The position numbers were made by a program, and so were the translations under genes. The notes below the pieces were generated by a model, which saw nothing but the letters and a program-made list of their open reading frames with translations, was not told the DNA's origin and ran no database searches. A DNA stretch of 36,178 bases, from the NCBI GenBank assembly GCA_023231475.1, contig JALJEE010000702.1, positions 1-36,178 on the forward strand, written 5' to 3'. Positions 10,627-23,015 of this stretch are shown in pieces. Each line of letters starts with the position of its first letter. The stretch's first letter is position 1. This DNA is from Seison nebaliae. Taxonomy: Eukaryota.

Positions 10627-12010
10627 TCCTCCTTCACTTTCGTATTAAAAAATCGTCAAGATATAAATTTATTTCAATTTTATCTTCTCCTCTTATTATT
10701 TTCTTCGATTGTACACGAATGATTATTGGACATTTCTTCTTATTAGTTCACTCAATATATCTCATCAATATCGTTAGTCGATACAATGTAATCGTTTAAC
10801 TCTTCCATAGAGACACTCTCTACAACATCATATGTGGGAAGACGATAAAAATGATGATAAGAACAATTTCAATGGACTAACTATAATGGATGGATATACA
10901 AATTTATTATTTATATGGAAATTTGACAAGAAATTTATTAAACAATATTCCCTCATCATTTCCCCTTATCGTTATCTCGATTCATATCTCCTCACAGATT
11001 CTTCATTTTCAAATATTCAGCTTATTCTTCATTTATCATCTAATCTATTTTTCTATTAATTCCACTAAATTTCTTTGAAATTCTTTTCCTAAAAATTTGC
11101 CCTTTCTCATTATTGATTGAACAAACAATCAAAAGTATTTCCCCATTAATGGATTATGTAACGTTTCCATTCATTCTTCCTTTTTCCTCCCATATGAATT
11201 CTTCTTTTCTATTACACATTTCATCTCATATCGATCATCGCACTTTCACTTCATTCTCCCACTTCCGTCATAAATCGAGAAAATTTCTTCTTTTTTTCGA
11301 AAATATTGGGATGAAATATTTTTGAGTAATATTCTGGGAAACTAAATAAAGAAAATAATTTTAATTTTAAAATGAAAAGAAAAAGAAAAAAAATTCTTCT
11401 TTCTAATTATTATCATTTCATCAATTTATTGATGAGCGTGGAAGTGAATGATTGACATTCAGTTTCAGAAGTGAATGATATTTCAACTTCTGCTTCCATC
11501 AACAACAAACTAACAACACAAATCGAATTACATTTGTCAACACTTCCTACAAATCACATTCATCAGACGAATATATATATCACTTCTCAATTCAAATTAT
11601 AGAACTTCTAAAATAATGAAAGAATTTTATTATTCAAAAATTATTCCTTGGAGTAATATATCGTGTTCCATGTATATTTCGGTTTCTTCTTAATAAACAT
11701 TCCTCTTCTCCTCTCTAATGGGAGAAGATGAATAAGAATTACAGTTAGAGAGAAGTTTGTTAAATTTTAGAAACTTTTGTTTCATTTCAAAAGAGGATTT
11801 TATAATATATATTATTCTCTTTATAAAAATAATAAAAAAAAATAGAAATGATAATAAAAAGGAAAATTAAAGAAGATGAAGAATGATTCATATTATAATT
11901 AAAAATTGTTTTAATAAAATGTTTATAAGAAGACGTTTCAAATGATATGATCATCATGGTCATTAATCATCTCAAAAAATTCATAATCAAATAATAATAT
12001 TAACTTATAA

Positions 12011-13600
12011 TTAATTATTCTTCATTATCATCTGAGCGGTTGCTTCTGCGTTCTCCATCATGTCAACTAAATTCTCTTCATTCAATTTGTCCAGTTGCTT
12101 ATGAATTCGTTCTTCGTTCAAAATAGTTTGGGATTCTAAATCTATTTTGTCAGTTTCTATTTTTGGAATTTCTTCCTCCTCATTCATTTTCTGCTCTTTC
12201 TCACTCTCTTTGTCAGCATTTTTCTTCATTTTCTGTTCATCGATTTTGAGTTGAGATTTCCCTTTTTCTTCTTCTCCCTCATCATCATCCAACACTAAAT
12301 GGTTTTGAACTTTACCATTATTTTGGACCGAATCTTTTGGTTTCCAGACATGCCCAGATCTCGAGTGAGTTTTAGTTGTCGATCTGAAGAATATTTGTAC
12401 TTTTATTTGAATGAATCAAACGAAATTTAAACATTTTAATTTCCCCAGAATTTCCCTTTGTTTCATCTTCTTCCTCAATCGACCAATTTAATTCTCCTGT
12501 TACGCCATAATTCGTATCTAAACTCGTTAAAGCTTTCTTCAATAAACTCTCAATTTTAGTTTTATCTAAAGTCGATTGATAGTCGATCTAATTAAAAAAT
12601 TGAAAATAAACCTTCTTCAGTAGCCGCTGTCAACCAATTTTGTGCATCTCCTGGTGTTTCCAATTTTAACATTTGACATAATAATTGGAGAATCTATTGA
12701 ATCTAAATGTTTAATTTAAAATTTAGAATATATTTAACCAAATCTTCCCGACTGTCCTCAGTCCATTTTTTCAGAGTTGGGAAACTGGTAGTCGGTTTAC
12801 CTCTACTAGCACGACTCATTAAATTTCTAGATGACGAAGGAATAATTCTACCAGTCTTTTCGCTATAACCATTCGATTTAGGAGTGGGACATGTTCGAAT
12901 ACAGGTCACTCCTGTGCTTGTTTTCGGTTTCACCAAATTATGAGTCGCTGTTAATGATCCTACATTAGGCTTTTGTCTCTTTTCCCGGATTATTCCTAAT
13001 TTATTAGCCAATATTCGAACTTCTTTTTTCCATTCACCATTTGGTTCATTGACTTTAATTGAGAATAGAAATTAGGAGAAAACTTCTATTTTACACCAAA
13101 AATTAACTTATTCCAAACGTTTGCCATGGACCGTTTGGAACAATAATTTTCTCATTCTTCCTCTGAGTATTCGCCTTAATTTGAGAGAGTTTATACGATT
13201 TCAATTTTTCATCTAGAGCAGCATTCGGTGGAAATGATAACTGAGCCATAGCGTTAGATAATCCTAATCCATCAGTCTGATTGAAAATAAATTTAATTAT
13301 GTTGAGAGAATGTTAAACTGATGAAGCTGTTTGGATATATTGCCGATCATCCAAAACGGAACATATCGGAGTGTCCAATAAACCACGTATATGACGCACT
13401 CGTTTAGGAAAAGGTCGATGACGATTTGCAGCAGATTTGGTCCGATTAAAAAAGGAACTTTTGGACAAATTTCCAAAACGTTGAGCATCTCTGATTCGAG
13501 GTAATCGATCTTTCGCTTTCAATGTCCTATCAACATGATTCTTCTGCCATATTGGTAGACCACTGGCAACTGGAACTCTAACAGAATTTTCCAATGACAT
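12011..13600 (-). CDS. TBATA/SPATIAL (C4orf17-like) family protein
   Basis: RFGNLSKSSFF..RHRPFPKRVRHIRGLLDTPICSVLD, WKKEVRILA and ILQLLCQMLKLETPGDAQNWL resemble conserved TBATA/SPATIAL blocks. Introns: 13277-13318, 13053-13107, 12694-12738, 12566-12611, 12384-12432; the frame is continuous after splicing. Confidence 0.75.
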
Positions 13601-13696
13601 TTATTCTCTAAATAAATGAAATGTGAAATGAAGAAATCTATTTTCCGTTAGTCTTGTGGACAGATTGGTGAAAATTCAGTGGTGGAAAAATCAATA

Positions 13697-13710
13697 GCTG
13701 TCATGACGAT
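13697..13710 (-). promoter_or_regulatory. X-box-like element upstream of the TBATA-like gene
   Basis: ATCGTCATGACAGC on the minus strand, one mismatch to the relaxed X-box consensus, about 100 bp upstream of the ATG. Confidence 0.4.
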
Positions 13711-15191
13711 CGATGTAATTATTGTAACTAAAATAGAAATAGAATTTCATGAAAAAGTTGAATTTTTTCTAAAACAAAAATCTGTATACGGAGAATCAGT
13801 TGTTGACAGTTTCAACCAATCTTTGGATAATAATTTACTGTGAACCCTTACCTCCACCCACTATCCATTAAATGAAAACGACGGAAATTAACGAAATATT
13901 ATTTTAATAAATTTCTTTTTTAGAGTTAAATAAAAAGAAATGGCACCTTGATTCCCGATATAATCTTCAACATCCAAGGACAAACCAGTTAAAGTTTTCA
14001 TAAGAAATAGTCTCCAAGAGTATATCCGTCGTACGAAATCTTATTATATTGATTTCTGAACAAGCATTCCCCGAAGGAAAATTTTATCCATTTTCTTATT
14101 CACTTACTTTTATCCTTATAAGTTCCCATAAGAAGTTAGTTGCATATATCAGTCAAATGCTCCCGAAAATCTACACTCATGAACCTTAAGAAATATTATC
14201 GATTCATTGAAAGAATTATGATTCAAAAAGAAAACTCTCACCAATGTTGAGTTTATCACTAAACTCTCATTAATTTAAGAAGCACAAAAAAATTCATAAT
14301 AAACTTTTCTTTATCAACCCTTATCCTCTTTCACTTCATTTCATATTTATTAAATCACAATCAACAATCGGCAAGATAAACAAGAGAATTTTTTTGTTTC
14401 GATAGTAACAAATCAATGAGTTTTAAGTTCATCAGTTTCTTTCACACTATATTAAATTGATCCATTGTGAAAAAAGAGTTTATTAGGAAAAATTAAATAT
14501 TTATTTTAATTAAGAAGATGATGAAAATATATAATGATCTTTATAACTGATATTGTAATGTTGTTGATATTGTGGAACAATTAAAATTTAACAAACTAAT
14601 GTTTTTTCGATCGAAACAATTAATAGCAGTTTGATAAGAAGATCTCGTAAGATATGAAAAAAGCAAAGTAGAAATTTAAATGGAACAACGACGATACCTA
14701 TAATAAGAATATTAGAATAATAAATAACGAAACGAAAATATTTATGAAAAGATGATAATTGTAATAATTTGTCAAATTGTTCTGAAAATATTTCGTAATT
14801 GTCTATTTGAAATGACAGAACTTTGGGAGAGCAAACATTCTAAACTTTAAATTTCTGATAAAAAGTCCATGCTCATGGATATTGGAACGAATTGTTTTTA
14901 GAAAAAAATATAAATTGATCGCGAGGTACTTGAAAGTTGTTTGGTGATTAAATTAGATTTATATCGATAATATGAATGATTAATAATTGTTAAAAAATAT
15001 TAATTTCTTTTTTTTTAACACAAAATTCAACAAAACTTTTTAAATAGAATTATTATCAGTAATTGTAAAATTACTGATTCGTTTTAAAATGAAATGAATA
15101 AAAATCGATATAAATGAATAATAACGATGAATGAAAATAATTTATTGATAATTGATTGCGAGAATACGAATTTAAGTAGATATTCTGTATC

Positions 15192-15228
15192 TGTGTGTGT
15201 GTGGGTGTGTGTGGTATGGATGTGTGTG
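15192..15228. repeat. Interrupted (TG)n microsatellite
   Basis: tgtgtgtgtgtgggtgtgtgtggtatggatgtgtgtg. Confidence 0.75.
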
Positions 15229-15306
15229 AAGGAGAATGAAGAAATGATCTGTAAAAAAAAATGAAACGGATTTTATAAAGATTACGTTATGACATATGTA
15301 ATTGTG

Positions 15307-15324
15307 TATTTACATCTATTTACA
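15307..15324 (-). promoter_or_regulatory. Two tandem Pumilio-binding elements (UGUAAAUA) in the putative DDX3 3'UTR
   Basis: Plus-strand tatttaca at 15307-15314 and 15317-15324. The first minus-strand AATAAA I found downstream of the DDX3 stop is at 15141-15146, so these sites would lie inside the UTR. Confidence 0.45.
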
Positions 15325-16470
15325 AGATATATAATTCATACTCATTCAGATGGAGAGAAACGAAAAGTTTTCATAAAGTTCATCTTATAAAAACTTTTTT
15401 TAAAGTTTCTACTTTTTATAAAAAAATTGGAAAAAACGAATCGTCTTTGGGAGATGATATTCTGTCGTGAGTAACAATGAAATTTGATTATCAAAATAAA
15501 TGTAAACAATAACAATAATAAAACGGGCACATTTGATGCGCAACATTCTTCAATCGTGACGTGAAACGACGCCAAGAAAATGGAGCATCGAGAAGAATTA
15601 ACGAGAAGAATTAATTCACCGGAAAAAATGACATTCATTTATGGAAGTCGAATGTACATTCGGTGAAGGTGACATCAAATCACTAGAGAACAATTTTAAA
15701 AAAAAACGCGTGTATAAAATCCGAATAGAATGAAAACAATTTCTTCTTGGTCAGTCGATATATGTGATACTTCTACAGTTTGCATTCATCGCAAGATTAC
15801 AAACACTTAACCTCACGACATTCGTCTGCCACATAAATTTCATGTCACGTATTATTATACATGATTATACGGTCAAATAGTTATAGGTATCATGCTTTTC
15901 ATGATAAAGAGATTATAAAAAAAAATATTTCGGGAGTAAAATAATAGAGTTCCATCATCATCATCATCATGATTAAAATATTACGAATTAGTTCTCATTG
16001 AGAAGAAAAAAGGAACATATTCGTCACAAATTGATCATACACAAATGTGCAAATGGAATTTGACTAAAATCAAATCAAAAATCATTGAAATGATTTGATG
16101 TTTTGAGTTATAGTAAAATATAACGGTTTTTCTGAATATTTCTATCGAGAAAGAGGAAAATTGTGAAGAACGATTATCGAAGTACGATTTAAAATTAAAT
16201 AAAGTTTTCCAATTGTCAATAGAAACAAATGAGAACTAAAATGAGAAGAAGATGATGATAAAAAGATAATGACATAAAGAATTTTTTGTAATTGTCAAAT
16301 AAAAGGAATGCGTATAAAGATTCATAACGATTCCAAATAGAATTACAGAACAGATTTTGAACAAAATTTGTTCTTTTGTCCAAAGAATGGAAACATAAAT
16401 GTTTCCACAAATGTTTTTGTCAAAGATGTTTAAGTATCGTTTGGAGATAGATCGTTTTTCCCCATCTTTC

Positions 16471-18766
16471 TTATTTGAAATAATTTGTATTGTATGAACT
16501 TTGACCGGAGCTATGATAGTTCGGATTATAATTGTTCTGTGGTGGACGTTGATTGTTGTTTGATGTTGGACGTGAACCATAACTGGTTCTCGTTGTTGTA
16601 TTATTATTATAATGAGTAGTCGGTCGACGGAAATCTCTATATGGTCGAGCTTTTGTAGTATGAATTCGAGTGTTTGATGAATATTCATAACCACTATTGG
16701 TTAAGAATGGTGGAATTTCTTGTTTGGCATCGATCAATTGATGATATAAATCTTGACAGATTCTCGCATGTGCATCTGTTACAAATGATATCGCATTTCC
16801 TTCATTACCTGCACGACCAGTACGTCCGATACGATGTGTATATTCACTGATTTCATTCGGCATATCATAATTGATAACATGACTCACATGTGGAATATCG
16901 AGACCACGAGCAGCAACCGATGTTGCTAATAAAATTCGTTTCTCATTTTTTTTAAATAACGATAATGCTAATTCACGATCTGCTTGTTGCTTGTCACCAT
17001 GAATAGCAATTGCTGGATAATCTAATAAATAAAAAAAAATAAATATGAAAATTAAAATTTTATAATTATATTACAAACCATGAGTCAAAAGAAAATGCTC
17101 CAAATCATTACATTCACGTTTCGTTTCAACAAATACCAAAATTAATTTATCTCGATTAATATCAAGAATATCTCGCAAATAATCACGTTTCTCCATTGGT
17201 GCAAGAACAATGAATCGTTGAGTGATATCTTCAGTGGTGGAACCGATTCGTCCAACTGTCAAGAATACATAATTACTGAGGAATACCATAGCTAATTTCT
17301 AATCGAAATGGAAAATAATTTGAGGAATTTCAAATTAAAAAAAAAAGAACTTGAATCGAATCAGGGAAGGTAGCTGAGAACATCAAAGTTAATCGTTCTC
17401 CCACTGGTGTCATTGATGGCTCTTCTTCAACAATTCGACGAATTTGGGGTTCGAATCCCATGTCCAACATTCGATCAGCTTCATCCAAAACCAGAAAACG
17501 AATATTACCCAATTTCACATAACCTCGATTCAAAAGGTCTACTAGTCGACCTGGAGTTGCGACGAGAACGTTAATATTTCCATTTTTCATTGAATCAATA
17601 TGACGATTAATTGGACAGCCACCACCTACACAATACGATCGTAATGTAGATCGATATGAGAATTTTCGACATTCTCCATGAATTTGTTGTGCTAATTCAC
17701 GTGTTGGTGCGAGAATTAGAACGCGTGGTGTAGCCATTCCTTCTCGATTATATCCAGGACCTTCAATAAACAATTGATGGAGAATTGGGATGAGAAATGC
17801 AGCGGTTTTTCCACTTCCAGTTTGGGCACAGGCCATCATGTCTCGATTGGCGGAAATGACTCCAAATGCATGTTTTTGAACTGGTGTCGGTTGTTGGAAA
17901 CCAGCCAATTCGATATTGTCATTCAGAATTTTATGAAAACCATAATCTTTGAACTGAATTAATAAATAATTAAAAAAGATGAAAGAGAGAAAAAAAGAGA
18001 AAGAATAATAAACATTATCGTATGTACTAATTCCATCACTTGGATTCATCTCAACAGGAATCTTCGAATACTTCTCAAAATTAATTCCAGTAACCAAATG
18101 ATCTTTAAACATTCTTTCTTCTTCACGAGGATTTTTTGGTAATTGTACTCCCCATCGACTTGAAGTAGACGACGGATTTGGATATTGATGATTCGACCGT
18201 TGGAATGAAGAATAATTACGAAATTGTTGATCCTGAATCGGTTCCGGATCAAAATTATTTTGACCATCATCCATCCGATTATTCATATTGTTCATGTGTT
18301 GCATTGATTGTTGACGATTATCATAATTCCTATATCGATTATCATAAGTTCGATTTTGATATCGACCGTTCGAATAATGTCCACCACCTGAATTTCCATT
18401 CATGTTTCCACTTCGATTATATGAATTATTATTTCCATCCTCATCATTACTAGAAGTGAAAGAGAATATAAATGATTGAGAAAAAAAAGAAGAGGAAACT
18501 ATTGAGGTCGACCATATCCATTTTGTTGTCCATTTCCATTATAGCCACCACGTCCTCGATCAGAACGAGTTCGACCGTTACTTCCTCCTCCACGACCTCC
18601 CCCATTAGCAAAGAATGGATTGAGATCATTTTGCCAAAATTTTTTACCGTTATTATCTAACGGGTTAGGAAGACTTCTCCAATTAGAATTTGTCTGATTA
18701 TCATTAATCTGGATGAAATATTGGATTTATGAGAATGATATGAAGAAATCGACTAACATCACCCAT
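16471..18766 (-). CDS. DDX3: DEAD-box RNA helicase, DDX3/PL10/Belle/Ded1 subfamily
   Basis: RGG/Asn-rich N-terminus; TGINFEKY; AQTGSGKTAAF; PTRELA; TPGRL; DEADRMLDMGFEPQIRRIV; SATFP; GRIGSTTEDITQ; IHGD; ARGLDIP; HRIGRTGRAG. Introns: 18709-18757, 18450-18499, 17954-18013, 17299-17350, 17022-17078. Confidence 0.9.
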
Positions 18767-21700
18767 TGTATAATAGAAGTAATTGATCAACTAAAAAGTT
18801 AAGAAAATTGTAGAAAGTAGAAATATCGAAATATCTAAAATAGTATGCTGAGGAGAGTCAATAGAAATATATCAGTTTCAATAACATCCAAAATATAAAT
18901 AAGAAATTTAAAAAAAATCAAACCCTACTCAATTCATTTATATGAGAATAGGAAATTAATTTTGGATTTACTTTTTTTCGATTCAATTCCAAACTTTATA
19001 TCATAGAAATACTTCGATCGTTACATTCAATCATCAATATATCAACACATTTTTTTATGAATTAATTCTCGATTAATTATTCCACTATTCGTCCACAAAT
19101 ATCAGGGATGAGTAAATTGAAGTTTTGTGTAAAAAGAAGTTACGCGTAGATAAGTAAAAAAAGAATTTCCATTGAGGAAGAAAAGCTGCAACGAAATAAT
19201 GAAAGATACAGAATTCTCAATAGTAAACCAAGCAACGACTGTTCTCAATATATATAGCAAAATATTTCACTCTTTTTTTTATTAAGCGAATGTATTCTTT
19301 TCAAAAATAAATACTTGTCTAGTATCTAATATAAGTTCACGTATTTATATGTCCACACTGTTACGTGTGTAAAGCACATAGTAAAGATATATAGAGTTCA
19401 ACTGTATATGGATATGAGTACTTTCCTTTTTAATATATATGATTCATAGACAACACTACAGTTATTTAAGATCGTACATACATATTCACACATCTATTCA
19501 TAACGAATATTGACCGAGTCACTTATATTTCTTCCTACGTTCTAATAAAAAATAAATGTGATGAATACTTTTCTTTATGTTTGTAGACTGTGCCATTCAG
19601 ACGAATGAAGAGGAGAGAGAAACATTTTAATTATTTATTAACATTCGTAAATGTAAAAATTACAATACATGCACACTTATTTCACATTCTCACATTGAAA
19701 ATAAACTATGTCAAATATTGTGTCAAAATCATTTTGAAATAATTTGAAAATTTAGCCTGTACATTTTCCAATGATTACCCCTTTTTTAACTAATGATGAC
19801 AAGTACAATACGACTGCTGCATACCTTAATGAGCTTACATTTTAAAAGTATAGTTAAAATTAATTTGGTATATATATGGCAGATAGTTAAATGTTTGTTA
19901 ATTAAAGAACACATCTACTCTCATCTCTTTGTTTCATTCTATTTCTTACAAACACACTTTTATCAGTAAGATTCTTTTCCTTACAATTTGTCCAATTCTC
20001 TCTAACGTTCCCAATAATGAAGGTAAAGAAGTTTTTATGCATGTGTTTACTTGATTCTCTATAGATGTAACCACTTCTCTTTTTTATCTAATTAGTTTTT
20101 CATTAACTCCCTAGATATAAGTCGTCGTTTTTCATTTAACTGATCGATTTTCGTTCGATGCTAATTGGTTACATTTTCAAAATGTTCTGAAAGAAAAAGA
20201 TGTCTTTTTTACATCTCATCCGATTAACATGTGGAAAGTGGTTGTCATTGAAATGGAGGAACAACTTAAATTATCGGCTATCCATTGACGAGGAAATGTT
20301 TCATTTTAACATTGGAAATAATTAAAAATCATAAGTACATAGACATGTATATTCTTCTTATCGATACGCCTCTATAAGAAATGTGTATTTTTTTCAAAAG
20401 AAAATTAAATAAACTCTATTTTCATTCCTCTTGTTGGAAAAGGACAATGGATATGTATGTATTTATTTATATCAGAATACCAGTAGAGATATTACATTGC
20501 TCCTTTCTCTCTTCTTCGTTTATGATGTTTACATTTAAGTATATAGACATATATTACCGAGTATACCCTCCTACATATATGTATGTGTGAATTCTTCCTT
20601 AAACATTTTATCATACTATACTGATCTGCTTAATTTAAGAGTTGCATATTATATGTGGATAGAATAGTTCTTTTCTATCTTCTGCTCGACAACTTGCCGA
20701 AATTATATCACAATAATTCTCCTACCTTACAACATCTCCTCGGTCATCTACCAGACATAAAGGTAACCAATTAAGTGTAATGTTCATTTTCATGTAACAA
20801 AATAAATTTCCAGTCCTCCCACAACTTCCATCAAGACTTCCTTCTATCTCATTGCACGAATTGAAGAAAAAATTTCAAATTCTACTAATTTGGGGACATA
20901 TTTGAAAGAAGCATTATTTGTTTTCCACTTGTTCCATTGATTGACCTATAGGTTACTTGTAGGATTGCGTAATTAATAATATTTTCCCTCTCCTTCAGAA
21001 CAATTTCGAAATGTGTTTAACCAATAAATAAAGAATTATAACTATTAAATAATTTAAAGGTTAATTCCCACAACATTTTTAGTTTACTTCTTAAATTAAA
21101 TTAAATAATGAGTTTGAGGTTAATTCATTTAGAAGAAAATTTGAATGAGAATGTTCCACGTGCCTTTGTCGCACATTTAATATTGATTGATCGATTGTAC
21201 ACTTCCAACTCACATACTTTTCCATAGGACGTACAAGGAATATATTCAAATATTTTCGAAAGATAATGGTTGTGAAATCATTTATATATATATATATTAT
21301 AAGATCGATTTGTTTCGTCATTGAAATTTCTTTTTTGAATTTCATTAAGGAATTTAGTACATATGTTGCGTAACCTCTTCCTTCCGTATATTTATGAGAA
21401 GATTAATTTCATTTCATTCATGAAAAGATATTATGAATGAAATTGTCCGTTATGAAAATTGTGTCTCATCTTCTTTTTCTTATTCTTGTTCATAAACGAA
21501 AAATATTTTATTTATACATGTAAATGGACAGATGTAGAATTAGTTAATAGAATTTCGAATTCGATAGACAATTCGTTGTAATATTATCCTGTAATGAGAC
21601 ATTTACTTTCTTTTTATATATAATTTGTCTTATGAATATTTATTTGTTACGTACATGCCCTCCCGATTATGTATTTGAGTCAAATGAATGGTGAGATGTG

Positions 21701-22158
21701 CATGGGGCTGGGAGGATAAAGAGAAAAAAGAGGATTATTATTGTGAGGAAAAAAAAAGAAGAATTGTTCTGAAACTAAATGCATTGCAGATTGATGAAAT
21801 AATAATTGGAATAATAATATTCTATTTCTCTATATATCTATCTAGTCCAATAATAATTATTTTTCCAGTTCCAAATAGATCTCATTTCCTAATATCCTAA
21901 CAGTTTTTAGATTATTTTCTATATACTATAACTATAACATCCATATCATCATCAACAAATACAATTTCCCTAATATTTCTTAATCGGATATGACAATCAT
22001 TTATTTGAGAGAAAATTAATTTAAACGAAGAAGATTCAATCAATTCTATTATTCATACCATTTTCCATTATTACATTCATCTCAAATTAAAAGTTTGACT
22101 CATTTGAAAGTGAAACGGTGATAAGAATAATATATCATTTAGATGAATAAACGATGAA

Positions 22159-22983
22159 ATGGTTGAAATGGAAATGCCAACGAGTACAACAAAATTACAC
22201 CATATGACTCTGGTCGATTTGCGTACTGTGGTGACAGTATATGCTGTAGATGATCAGCACAAATCGATAACAAAAGGATGTTTGACATTCATTGTGGATG
22301 AATATATTAGTCAGTTGAAATCGCAGTTATTGTTCGAACGACATCTAGCAGAAATGAAGAATCAAACGGAGACTTATGTCAAAAGATCGAAAAATCGAAA
22401 CGGTCAATTGTTTGAGATGAATTCGTCGAATGATCATCAGGAATTGTATGCGGAAGATCAAGAATCGACATATAATAATTATAAGAATGAGAACCATGTG
22501 AAGAATAGTCTTTCGGGTGAATTCTTTGAAATAACAGTGAAAACGAATGATCATTTTATGCCAAATGTTCGCTATTGTGTCGATTCGACAACCAACGATT
22601 ATTTACCGTTAAGTGACGACAACGTTTCAATGACGACATTCATCCTTCAATTGACTGATGATCAACAACACGTCTTATCTTCCCACAATATCGGCAATCA
22701 TGCTTGCATTCGAATCAACGAGAGAATTATAGATTGTTTTGATAACGGTCAACGATATCGTTTCGAATGCCAAATTAGTAATACATGTGATCAATTATGG
22801 AAGATATTAGTTCAATTGAATAAGCATAAAGTGGAATTGAGGAATGCAGTTGAACTGCCATCAATTAATTCACATATAGACAATTCTTCTAATATCGAAC
22901 ATAATTCCGACAACGAATTACATAAATCGGAAGATTATGATTCTAATGAACGAATGAGATATATAGATGGAGAAGAAGAAGAA

Positions 22984-23015
<32 letters not shown>

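Noticed and set aside
16471..18766. Vasa/DDX4 identity for the DEAD-box helicase
   Set aside because: GFEPQIRRIV and GRIGSTTEDITQ are DDX3/PL10-type, and there is no Vasa-type acidic/Trp C-terminus.
20640..21000. Slightly C-rich, coding-like patch between DDX3 and PPP4R3
   Set aside because: No sustained reading frame or motif.
21411..21443. 11-bp inverted repeat atttcattcat/atgaatgaaat
   Set aside because: Low-complexity AT-rich sequence, expected by chance.
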